Shown: positions 15,035 through 23,096 of the stretch, piece by piece
Layout of the letters: each line of letters starts with the position of its first letter
Numbering within the stretch: the stretch's first letter is position 1
Source: a virus
Length of the DNA: 41,538 nucleotides
Virus record (IMG/VR): IMGVR_UViG_3300045988_148476
Strand: one strand, 5' to 3'
Program-made: the position numbers and the translations under genes
The notes under the pieces: model-generated
The model's input: the letters and a program-made list of their open reading frames with translations, nothing else
Told to the model about the DNA's origin: nothing
Databases searched by the model: none

Positions 15035-15159
15035 GTATCTGACCTCTAGGTGTTCCGGCCAATCCCCAGCGGCCGGAGCACCAAACCCCCGATATCGATG
15101 TAGAATCGATGACATAACCGTAAACTACATTGGTGTCGTTCTAGCTGGGGAGCAACGAT

Positions 15160-16206
15160 ATGGTCAGGAGCACTGTCGACTACTACACTTTCAACGTTAA
15201 GCCAAGAAAAAAGAGCCCCAATATTCCTCGCAGTGCCGTGAACCTTGGGAACGGACGCAGCATACTCCCCTACCTATATGGATACATCGATTATCAGCGT
15301 GGAAGAATTATCAAAGAAGAACGCAAGCAGCGCCTCTATGCGGTCCGTAACGTTGAAATTCACGGTCGCCTCATACTGATTGAGCTGATGTCCGGACAGT
15401 ACGGCGAGGAAAGCCAGCTGATGAACATGTTGGACGGGTCGGTCACGGACATCCCATCCGACCAAGCAGCAGTAAAGACCGTCCGTGTTGTATTTGCTTG
15501 TCCCATAGCGGATGGTGCGACTAATGCGATATTCGCTATTGAACATGTGGACTCGATTAATGGATATTACTTTATTCAAGATTTTGCCAAGTGCATAAGA
15601 AAAATATTCAGTGATTCAAACTCTCCGATTCATTCCATTTTGGAAAAAGAGGCATGGTTCGACTCAAGCAGCCTTGTGTCAATGGCAATACCCATCGGTT
15701 CGACGGATCAGCAAATCACATTGGATAACGGCATAGCCGACGAAGATGTTGAGCGAACCTTCGGCCGCATGTCCTTGATTATCAACCCGCCGAAAGGTAG
15801 CGCCAGCTTCGACCCGAGATTCTGGAAAAAGATGTTGAAGCACACATTGGAGAAGGCAGGCATGCTGACTATCCCGGCCCTCGATAATGACACCGTCGAG
15901 AAAACCAACGTATCCGTAACCGCAATCGGCGCAGACAACCGTCGTAAGACCTTCACCATAGGCAATGAGAAAAGCCCGAAAGTACGTGAACTGATTACCG
16001 ACTACGGACAGCCAAGACTCGATAATGGTGCGCTACGACGCCATCTCGCCGATTCAATCCTCGATAAATATGCAGAAAGCCAAATTAAACTCCAATCCGG
16101 ATGGGATAAGGGACAGCTTGGAGAAGAGCTGATACCGAAAGGAGAAATCGACTGGGCCAATCTTGTTGAGCCCAAGCCGGAGGAAAACAATCATGCCGAG
16201 GACTAA
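15160..16206 (+). CDS. Uncharacterised 348-aa soluble protein (moron gene A)
   Basis: ATG at 15160, 7 nt after GGGGAG. G+C is clearly lower (sampled 33-40%) than the phage backbone. No family motif that I can assign. Confidence 0.85.
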   Translation: MVRSTVDYYTFNVKPRKKSPNIPRSAVNLGNGRSILPYLYGYIDYQRGRIIKEERKQRLYAVRNVEIHGRLILIELMSGQYGEESQLMNMLDGSVTDIPSDQAAVKTVRVVFACPIADGATNAIFAIEHVDSINGYYFIQDFAKCIRKIFSDSNSPIHSILEKEAWFDSSSLVSMAIPIGSTDQQITLDNGIADEDVERTFGRMSLIINPPKGSASFDPRFWKKMLKHTLEKAGMLTIPALDNDTVEKTNVSVTAIGADNRRKTFTIGNEKSPKVRELITDYGQPRLDNGALRRHLADSILDKYAESQIKLQSGWDKGQLGEELIPKGEIDWANLVEPKPEENNHAED

Positions 16207-16753
16207 AGACCATAACAATGGCATATTATGGCAGTACATCCTCAGCCTGTGCCCCAAGATACACAACACAAGAAGCATCGCATGGAAATACGTATTCCGA
16301 GAAATACTCATTCCATCGGTTGCTGCATATCTTGACTTTCGCTTCTCCCGACTTGCATTGAACGCAGACATCATCGTCTCGGCTTTGGGGGTCCTTGGAG
16401 GCCTTCTGTTTGCGCATGCGATCTTCGTTTTCGAATTGCGAATGACGTACAACGCAAACCTACGGGAAAGAATCAGAAACAAAGAGATACAGGCAGAAAA
16501 CACAAAACTGACCAGACTCATCAACGATATGTTCTATAGTGTCGTCTACTCATCCGCATTGGCTCTGGGGATTACACTTGCCGTGGCCATGGGATCTTCC
16601 CTTGGCGTATACGACACACTGCCGCAGATAGGGAAAAAACTGATATCGGCGGCGATTGTATGGCTAATGACACACTTAGCATTCTGCATTTATCGAGTTC
16701 TCAAAACCACATCCGGCGCATACGGAGAACTACGAAAATCAAGAATCGCATAA
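16193..16753 (+). CDS. Uncharacterised 186-aa three-TM membrane protein (moron gene B)
   Basis: ATG at 16193, 8 nt after GGAGGA, overlapping the end of gene A by 14 nt. TM helices: IIVSALGVLGGLLFAHAIFVF, MFYSVVYSSALALGITLAVAMG, LISAAIVWLMTHLAFCIYRVL. Confidence 0.8.
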   Translation: MPRTKDHNNGILWQYILSLCPKIHNTRSIAWKYVFREILIPSVAAYLDFRFSRLALNADIIVSALGVLGGLLFAHAIFVFELRMTYNANLRERIRNKEIQAENTKLTRLINDMFYSVVYSSALALGITLAVAMGSSLGVYDTLPQIGKKLISAAIVWLMTHLAFCIYRVLKTTSGAYGELRKSRIA

Positions 16754-16814
16754 TGTCAACAACGAGATAGCAATGTGGTTCATCTGACAGTCGAAGGAGA
16801 TATCGTGATGACCT

Positions 16815-17162
16815 ATGGGGCCACGGGGCATGAGGGGCATGGGACACGGCAGACAGCGAACTAACTGGAACTCCAGCAACAGAGGTTCACGACTGCCGGA
16901 TGACTGGCCCGAGCGCAGGGCCAAGGTGCGCGGACGGGCTCATGGTCTGTGCCAAGCGAAACAGCATGTTCCCGAATGCGATGGAATCGGCACTGACTGC
17001 GACCACATCATCGCCGGCGACGACCACAGCCTTGACAACTTGCAATGGCTGTCGCATCCTTGTCATAAAGCGAAAACGGAGCGTGAGAACGCAGAGAGGA
17101 ACGCCAAGCGCAAGCGAATGCGAAAACATCCGGAGGAACGTTTCCCCGGCCTGCTCGACTGA
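16815..17162 (+). CDS. HNH endonuclease (packaging-associated, upstream of terminase)
   Basis: CQAKQHVPECDGIGTDCDHIIAGDDHSLDNLQWLSHPCHKAKT. This is the typical HNH-TerS-TerL arrangement of cos-type HK97-like phages. Confidence 0.85.
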   Translation: MGPRGMRGMGHGRQRTNWNSSNRGSRLPDDWPERRAKVRGRAHGLCQAKQHVPECDGIGTDCDHIIAGDDHSLDNLQWLSHPCHKAKTERENAERNAKRKRMRKHPEERFPGLLD

Positions 17163-17383
17163 CCCAAGCGGGGTGGGAGGGGACTCCCCCGGCTTGCCGG
17201 TAAAACCGCCGGATAGCACCTCCGGTCATGCATGCGCCCAGAACGCCCGTTTTTCGCGATATCTCATTTTTATCGGAACCTTCCCTGCTGTACCGTTCTT
17301 GGCGGCTTTATTCGCCGTATGGAGCCAAGTGGCGTTTTCGCGCGGCTCGGACAGGCTGGTCGGCGCTCGTTTTTTTATGTGAT

Positions 17384-17467
17384 GTCACGATATTGAAGAA
17401 TCGTTGATATTGCACTGTTTTGTTGTTTTATTAGCGTTGTCACGATATAATTAAAGCGTGACACGAT
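17384..17467. repeat. Three copies of TG(T/A)CACGAT(AT) around the late promoter (17384-17394, 17438-17448, 17459-17467)
   Basis: TGTCACGATAT occurs twice exactly, 54 bp apart. TGACACGAT overlaps the GTG start of the next gene. Confidence 0.7.
17423..17451 (+). promoter_or_regulatory. Sigma-70-type promoter (TTGTTT -17 nt- TATAAT) positioned for a leaderless transcript starting at the GTG at 17458
   Basis: -35 at 17423-17428 and -10 at 17446-17451. Only 6 nt separate the -10 from the GTG, and there is no SD. Confidence 0.5.
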
Positions 17468-18078
17468 GTGAATTTTGCGACAAGGAACTCCCCGAAGCCC
17501 AGAGACGGGGACGCAAGCGCCGGTTCTGCGACGACCGGTGCCGCCAAGCCGCGCACAGGGCCGGAGGGCAAATGCCCGTACCTCCCGCGATGGCGATGGC
17601 CGACCGCTGGATGCACTGGCGCAGAATCACCCGCGGCGACGGCACATCGAAACTGCCGGTCACCGTCGACGGCTCCCCCGCATCCAGCACCGACATGTCC
17701 ACATGGGCCGCGCTTCCCCAGGCGGAATCCTCCGATGTCGGCGAAGGTCTCGGATTCGCGCTCGGCGACGGATTCGCATGCATCGACCTCGATCACTGCT
17801 ATGACGAGCGCAACCATCTGACCCCGTGGGCGAAGATGCTGATAGCCCCCGTGGCCGATTCCACATGGATCGAAATCAGCCCGTCCGGAAACGGACTGCA
17901 CATCTGGGGGCGCTGCGGCGAGCGAACCGGACTGAAGGTCCGCAACGACCTCGGCATGAACATCGAGGCCTACAGCCAAGGCCGTTACATGACCTACACG
18001 GGGCACAGGTTCCGCAAAAGTCCCGCGAAACTCGCCGATCTCACATTCCTGTTCGACGTGATCGCACATCTCGCCTGA
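17458..18078 (+). CDS. Stand-alone AEP-type primase-polymerase (Prim-Pol domain) with N-terminal zinc ribbon
   Basis: CEFCDK...RRFCDDRC, DxD motif in ACIDLDHC, SPSGNGLHIWG, and IEAYSQGRYMTYTG. Confidence 0.8.
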   Translation: MTRCEFCDKELPEAQRRGRKRRFCDDRCRQAAHRAGGQMPVPPAMAMADRWMHWRRITRGDGTSKLPVTVDGSPASSTDMSTWAALPQAESSDVGEGLGFALGDGFACIDLDHCYDERNHLTPWAKMLIAPVADSTWIEISPSGNGLHIWGRCGERTGLKVRNDLGMNIEAYSQGRYMTYTGHRFRKSPAKLADLTFLFDVIAHLA

Positions 18079-18099
18079 CCCGCAGAAAGGAGGCGCACG

Positions 18100-18498
18100 T
18101 TGCCAAGACCAAGAAAAACGTCCGGGCACCGCATGCCCTCCGGACTCATGAAGGACGGCAAGGGGCAGACCCTGTGGCGCGACCTGACCGGCAAATGGGA
18201 GTTCACGGAATCCGAATACCGGATGCTGGAGAACGCCTGCTACACCGCCGACCGCATCGTCAAGGAACGCCGCGCCATCGGCGACGACCTGACCGTCTCC
18301 GGCAGCCAGGGACAGATCGTCGCGCACCCGCTGCTCGCGCAACTCAGGCTCGACGAGGAGCACCTCGCCAAAACGCTCTCCCGCATCGTCATGCCGGAAC
18401 CCGACGAGAAGGAAAACGCCGCCACCGATGAGGGCGACAGGTCTGCCAGGATGCGCGACGCGGCCCAATCACGGTGGGGAAAGGCATACGGTGGATGA
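18100..18498 (+). CDS. terS: Terminase small subunit (P27-like)
   Basis: TTG at 18100 after GAAAGGAGG. 132 aa. LWRDLTGKWEFTESEYRMLENACYTADRI pattern. Sits immediately upstream of TerL with an ATGA junction. Confidence 0.75.
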   Translation: MPRPRKTSGHRMPSGLMKDGKGQTLWRDLTGKWEFTESEYRMLENACYTADRIVKERRAIGDDLTVSGSQGQIVAHPLLAQLRLDEEHLAKTLSRIVMPEPDEKENAATDEGDRSARMRDAAQSRWGKAYGG

Positions 18499-20294
18499 TG
18501 GCGAGGCTGCTGACCAATCGATCCGCAGCCTACATCCCCTCCCATCAAGCCGAATACCGGGAAATCATCGACTGGTACCGCAACGCGCTGGCCAACGAAC
18601 CCGCACGCGACTGGAACACCAACCCGGTCACCATCGGGCCCACATGGAAGCACGACGGCGACGGCTGGGTTTTGCCCGATCTCACTTTGGGTTGGAACTT
18701 CCTGGCTTGGAGCGGCCGCTGGCTGCGCAACGCCAAACAGCGCGCCCCATGGAAGTGGACGCTCGAACAGGCGCGTTTCTGGCTGTGGTTCTACAGTCTG
18801 GACGAACATGGCGTGCCCGTCCACGATAACGCGGTGCTGCAGCGGCTCAAGGGTTGGGGCAAAGACCCGATGGCGGCCGGCGGTGCCGTCGCCAGCTGCT
18901 TCGCCGACCTGACCTTCGACCGGTTCGACCATAACGGCGATCCGGTCGGCCGCGAGGAACCGAACGCCTGGGTGCAGGTGTGCGCAGTCTCGCAGGAACA
19001 GACGAAGAACACGATGAAACTGCTGCCCGGCCTCATCCCCGCCGAAACCCGGCGCAGGTACGGCATACAGCTCGGCAAACTCAACATGTACGCGCTCGGG
19101 GACAGCCGCCAGATAGAGGCCGTCACCTCAAGCCCGCTCGCATTGGAGGGCGGACGTCCCACGTTCCTGATCCGCAACGAGACGCAGAACTGGAATTCCA
19201 GCAACGGCGGCCACGACATGGACGGCGTGCTGTCCGGCAACGCGGCGAAGTCCGAGGAATCGGTGAACGTGAAGATGCTCGACATCTGCAACGCTTACCG
19301 AGACGGCGAGGACAGCGTCGCCCAAAGGGTGCGCGAGGCATGGGAGGGCACGCAGGGCGACCCGAACAGCAACGATCAGGGTCTGCGGCCGAAATACATG
19401 GATTACGGTCTGCTCTATGACAGCATCGAAGCCGCGCCGGACACCCCCATGACGGTGGACATGATTCCGAAGGTCATCGAGGACGTGCGCGGAGATTCCA
19501 CGTGGCTGACCACATCGAAGATCGTCAAGACCATCATCGACCCGAAGAATCCGGTCTCCGAAAGCCGACGCAAATGGTACAACCAGTGCGAGGCCCCGGA
19601 AGACGCCTACGTCACCAGCCAGGAATGGGATGCCAACGAGCATCCCGAGCTCAAGCTGGAGGCCGGCGAGGAGATCACGATGTTCCTCGACTGCTCACTG
19701 ACCGACGATGCCACCGCCTTGGTGGCCTGCAGGGTCAGCGACGGTTTCACGAAGCCGCTCGGCCTATGGAAAAGGCCGCCCGGCAAACGCGGCGAAACAT
19801 GGAAGGTGCCACGCGAAAGCGTGGATGACACCGTGCGAGAAGCCATGCGCATCTACCGGGTGGTCGCCTTTTGGGGAGACCCCAGCCACGTGCTGGACGA
19901 CGAGACCGGCCTGCACTATTGGGATCCCCTGTTCGATGCCTGGCATCGCGAATACGGGCGACGATTGAAGCTCTGGGCGCGGCCCGAGGGCCGTGACAGG
20001 CACAGCATCATGTTCGACATGGTTCGCCTCGACGTGCAGAAAAGGTTCGTCACCTATGTGGACCAGGCGTACACGGCGATCTGCGACAAGGATTTCCCCC
20101 ATGACGGTGACGCGAGATTGCGTTCCCACATGCTCAACGCGCGCCGCCAGCCCACGAAGGCGGGCATGAGTATCGCCAAGGAGGGGCGCGAGTCCCAACG
20201 GAAGATAGATCTCGCGTTCTGCGCCATTGCCGCGCGCGGCATGCGACGCGAATATTTGAACAACCGGAAGAAAGGCGGTGGACAGGTATGGTGA
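18495..20294 (+). CDS. terL: Terminase large subunit
   Basis: About 600-aa ORF between TerS and portal. ATG at 18495 overlaps the TerS stop (an alternative GTG lies at 18474). Called mainly on size and synteny. Confidence 0.88.
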   Translation: MMARLLTNRSAAYIPSHQAEYREIIDWYRNALANEPARDWNTNPVTIGPTWKHDGDGWVLPDLTLGWNFLAWSGRWLRNAKQRAPWKWTLEQARFWLWFYSLDEHGVPVHDNAVLQRLKGWGKDPMAAGGAVASCFADLTFDRFDHNGDPVGREEPNAWVQVCAVSQEQTKNTMKLLPGLIPAETRRRYGIQLGKLNMYALGDSRQIEAVTSSPLALEGGRPTFLIRNETQNWNSSNGGHDMDGVLSGNAAKSEESVNVKMLDICNAYRDGEDSVAQRVREAWEGTQGDPNSNDQGLRPKYMDYGLLYDSIEAAPDTPMTVDMIPKVIEDVRGDSTWLTTSKIVKTIIDPKNPVSESRRKWYNQCEAPEDAYVTSQEWDANEHPELKLEAGEEITMFLDCSLTDDATALVACRVSDGFTKPLGLWKRPPGKRGETWKVPRESVDDTVREAMRIYRVVAFWGDPSHVLDDETGLHYWDPLFDAWHREYGRRLKLWARPEGRDRHSIMFDMVRLDVQKRFVTYVDQAYTAICDKDFPHDGDARLRSHMLNARRQPTKAGMSIAKEGRESQRKIDLAFCAIAARGMRREYLNNRKKGGGQVW

Positions 20295-21688
20295 CCACCG
20301 GTTACGCGGATGAGAAATCGGCCGCGAAAGCATTGCGGGAGCTGCTGCTGCCCGCCTACGGGGAGGAGATCACCCGTTTGAACCGCATCGACCGCTGGTG
20401 GCGGTGGAATCCGAAACCGATCCGCCTGCGCAGAGCCACCCCCGAGCATCGCATGCTTAGGGATATGGGTCATACGCCATGGCTGAGGCTTGTGGTGACC
20501 ACAATCTCCCAGACCCTCTACTTGGAGGGTGTGGATATTCCCGGCAAGCAGGACACGGATTCGGCCCGCCTGTTCTGGCATCCATGGGTGGCCAGCCGCA
20601 TGGGCCGCCGCCAGGTCGCCTTGCATAAGGCGGCCATCGCCTACGGTTGCGCGTATGCGACCGTGCGCGCCGTGGAATCCCCGGAAGGCGGCGTAAGGGC
20701 CGGAATCGACTGCTGGTCGCCGCGCGAAAGCATCGCCCTATATGACGATCCGGCACGCGACACATATCCGCAGGTGTTCATGCGTCGCCGGCGACTGTCC
20801 GACACCGTGGACTCATACGAGCTATGGGATGCATGGAACGTATGGCAGTGGAGACGCGAGCAAGGTGTCTACGAGTTCGTGGACTGCACGCCGCATCTGG
20901 CGACCGATTCCTACGGGCAACCGGTCTGTCCGGTCATCCGATACACGAACGACCTCGACCTGCAGGGAAGGGCACCCGGCGAGGTCGAACCGTTCATCCC
21001 CCTTGCCAACCGATTGAACAAGGATAATTACGACCGGCTTCTGGCCCAACACTACAATTCGTGGAAAGTACGCACCGTCACCGGTCTGGACATGACCGAA
21101 TTGTCGGACGAGCAGCGGGCTGACCGGAAAGCCAAGCTCAGCCAGGAGGATATTCTCGCCGGCGGCGAGGGTGTCCAGTTCGGCACGCTCCCGGAAACCG
21201 CGCTGTCCAGCCTCATCGAGGCGAAACAAGCCGATGTGGAGGAACTCGCCGCGGTCAGCCAGACCCCGACCACCGCGTTCGGCAAAATGGTCAACGTGGG
21301 CGATGCCGGCATAGCCGAAAGCCGCGCCGGTTTCTACGCGAAACGCGATGAACGGCAGAAAAGCTTCGGCGTCAGCCACATGGACGTGCTTCGCTTGGCC
21401 GCTGGCATCGAAGGCCGCATGGACGATGCGCGCAATTTCGACCTGACCCCATTGTGGGAGGATACGGACGTGCGCACCATCAACCAGGCGGTCGATGCCT
21501 TGGGCAAGGCCGCTCAGATGCTCGGCGCGCCCAAGGAGCAATTGTGGGACATGATTCCGGGCGTATCCAAGTCGCGCGCCGACTCATGGCGCGAATGGGT
21601 GGAGAACCATCCGGACGCGGACACGCTCGCCGCGCAGGCGTATCAGGCGCAGCTCGAACCGGCGGTCGATGATGGCGCGAACCAATGA
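20288..21688 (+). CDS. Portal protein
   Basis: 466-aa ORF directly after TerL, overlapping its stop. Acidic C-terminus. Canonical position. Confidence 0.88.
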   Translation: MVTTGYADEKSAAKALRELLLPAYGEEITRLNRIDRWWRWNPKPIRLRRATPEHRMLRDMGHTPWLRLVVTTISQTLYLEGVDIPGKQDTDSARLFWHPWVASRMGRRQVALHKAAIAYGCAYATVRAVESPEGGVRAGIDCWSPRESIALYDDPARDTYPQVFMRRRRLSDTVDSYELWDAWNVWQWRREQGVYEFVDCTPHLATDSYGQPVCPVIRYTNDLDLQGRAPGEVEPFIPLANRLNKDNYDRLLAQHYNSWKVRTVTGLDMTELSDEQRADRKAKLSQEDILAGGEGVQFGTLPETALSSLIEAKQADVEELAAVSQTPTTAFGKMVNVGDAGIAESRAGFYAKRDERQKSFGVSHMDVLRLAAGIEGRMDDARNFDLTPLWEDTDVRTINQAVDALGKAAQMLGAPKEQLWDMIPGVSKSRADSWREWVENHPDADTLAAQAYQAQLEPAVDDGANQ

Positions 21689-22952
21689 CGGTGCCATGCT
21701 CACCGACAAGCACCGGCGTGCGCAGGTCAGGCTCGCCATCACCGCCGACAGCCAGGCCCGCCGCATCTGGGACTCCACGCTTGACCCGAACGATCTGAAA
21801 CGCACGCAGCCGATATGGAAGAACGCCATCCTCCAACTGCTGCAGACTTGGTGGCGGATCAGCGCCCGGACCGCGAACGAGTACCTGCCCCGATTCCGGG
21901 AGGCCGAGACCGGCGACGGCGGCTTCGAGACCGCCATGCCGCGTTTCGATCGCAAACAGGCTGCAAGAAGCATCGACTGGACCGGCGCCACGAACGTGCT
22001 CTGGCACATCGCGCGCGGAGAGACCCAGGAGGCAGCCTACGTGGCGGCGCGAAGCCTGTTCCTCGGAATATTCCACGAGGCCGTGCTCACCGGCGGACGC
22101 ACCACGATAGAAAACTGGGCCAAGAAGGATACGAGAGCCGTGGGCTGGCGGCGAGTCTCCGACGGGAATCCATGCGCGTTCTGCGCGATGCTGGCCACCA
22201 GGGGACCCGTCTACACGAGTGCCGAAAAAGCCGGATTGCGCGCGTCCGACGGACACAAATACCACCCGCATTGCGGGTGCACCGTCGAAATCGTGTACGG
22301 GGACTGGAAGCCCACCGAAAAGGAACAGCAGTGGATCGACGAATACTACAAGGCCGCCGAAAGCCTGCCCTCCAAAACTCCGCGCACCGCCGAGACCGTG
22401 CTTCCGCTCCTGCGCCGCAACGGAACCTTCCGTGACAGTTCGACCATAAGAAGCACTCCGGAGTTCCTTGCGGCCAGACGCGCCCAACGCAAAGCGGCCA
22501 ATAGCCCGGCCGTCAACAACGTACGGACATTGTCGACAGGCAAAACCGCCGTGCGGCATTCCGACGGATATTGGGTCGAAACCGGTGCGAATCCGTCCGC
22601 CGCCGAAAGAACGGTCGCCAAACAGATGACGGACCTCGGACATGATGTCACATTCCGCAAGCCCGTCGACGAGCAGCATGTCAAGACGCCTGACTTCTTC
22701 ATCGACGGAGACACCTGGGAACTGAAAACCCTCCACGGAAGCGGCAAGAACACCGTGCTCAACGCTCTTCGCAAAGCGAAGAGCCAGAGTCCGCGCATCA
22801 TTCTCGACATCACCGACTGCCCGAAACCGATGGAACAGATTGTGGATGATTGCATGAGCAAACTCCAAAGGCCGAACAACAGGATCAGAGAGATCATCCT
22901 GTTCAAGGACGGGGCCATCGAACGGCGTCTCAAAGGGTATACTAAGAGTTAG
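21669..22952 (+). CDS. MuF/SPP1-gp7-like head morphogenesis protein fused to a C-terminal PD-(D/E)xK-like toxin-type domain
   Basis: MuF signature WRRVSDGNPCAFCAMLATRGPVY...HPHCGCT in aa 150-210. A linker follows, then aa ~295-427 with TPDFFIDGDTWELKT (D...ExK) and SPRIILDIT. Confidence 0.85.
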   Translation: MMARTNDGAMLTDKHRRAQVRLAITADSQARRIWDSTLDPNDLKRTQPIWKNAILQLLQTWWRISARTANEYLPRFREAETGDGGFETAMPRFDRKQAARSIDWTGATNVLWHIARGETQEAAYVAARSLFLGIFHEAVLTGGRTTIENWAKKDTRAVGWRRVSDGNPCAFCAMLATRGPVYTSAEKAGLRASDGHKYHPHCGCTVEIVYGDWKPTEKEQQWIDEYYKAAESLPSKTPRTAETVLPLLRRNGTFRDSSTIRSTPEFLAARRAQRKAANSPAVNNVRTLSTGKTAVRHSDGYWVETGANPSAAERTVAKQMTDLGHDVTFRKPVDEQHVKTPDFFIDGDTWELKTLHGSGKNTVLNALRKAKSQSPRIILDITDCPKPMEQIVDDCMSKLQRPNNRIREIILFKDGAIERRLKGYTKS

Positions 22953-23009
22953 AAGGCCGGTGCCTTCCACCCTTTAAACCTTTTGGTCTGGTGGAAGGTT
23001 CCCGGCCTT
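22953..23009 (+). terminator. Large interrupted stem-loop (2 x 8 bp) immediately after the MuF-toxin gene
   Basis: AAGGCCGG-tg-CCTTCCAC ... GTGGAAGG-ttc-CCGGCCTT, followed by TTCACCTTTCC. Confidence 0.55.
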
Positions 23010-23032
23010 TCACCTTTCCACACATAACATCC

Positions 23033-23063
23033 AAGCCACCGTGAAGTTCATGGTGGCTTTTCT
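23033..23063 (+). terminator. Second hairpin with T-run upstream of the scaffold gene
   Basis: AAGCCACC-gtgaagttcat-GGTGGCTT followed by TTCTT. Confidence 0.5.
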
Positions 23064-23096
23064 TATGCCCGCAAGCCGGGCGGAAAGGAAACCATC

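Noticed and set aside
15346-15363. RNVEIH in moron gene A matches the loose HEPN Rx4-6H pattern.
   Set aside because: It is a single occurrence in a context that looks like alternating beta-strand (LYAVRNVEIHGRLILIEL) rather than the helical HEPN core. The pattern is too degenerate to support a call without profile or structure evidence.
21480-22970. Very long antisense ORFs opposite real genes. Examples: 21480-22970 (496 aa), 30276-31748 (490 aa), 32574-33656 (360 aa), 17440-18468 (342 aa), 9311-10309 (332 aa), 10633-11562 (309 aa).
   Set aside because: These are typical shadow ORFs of high-GC DNA. They are Arg/Gly/Pro/Ala-rich low-complexity translations with no SD or start context, and they fully overlap genes with clear motifs (MuF, tape measure, ParB and others).
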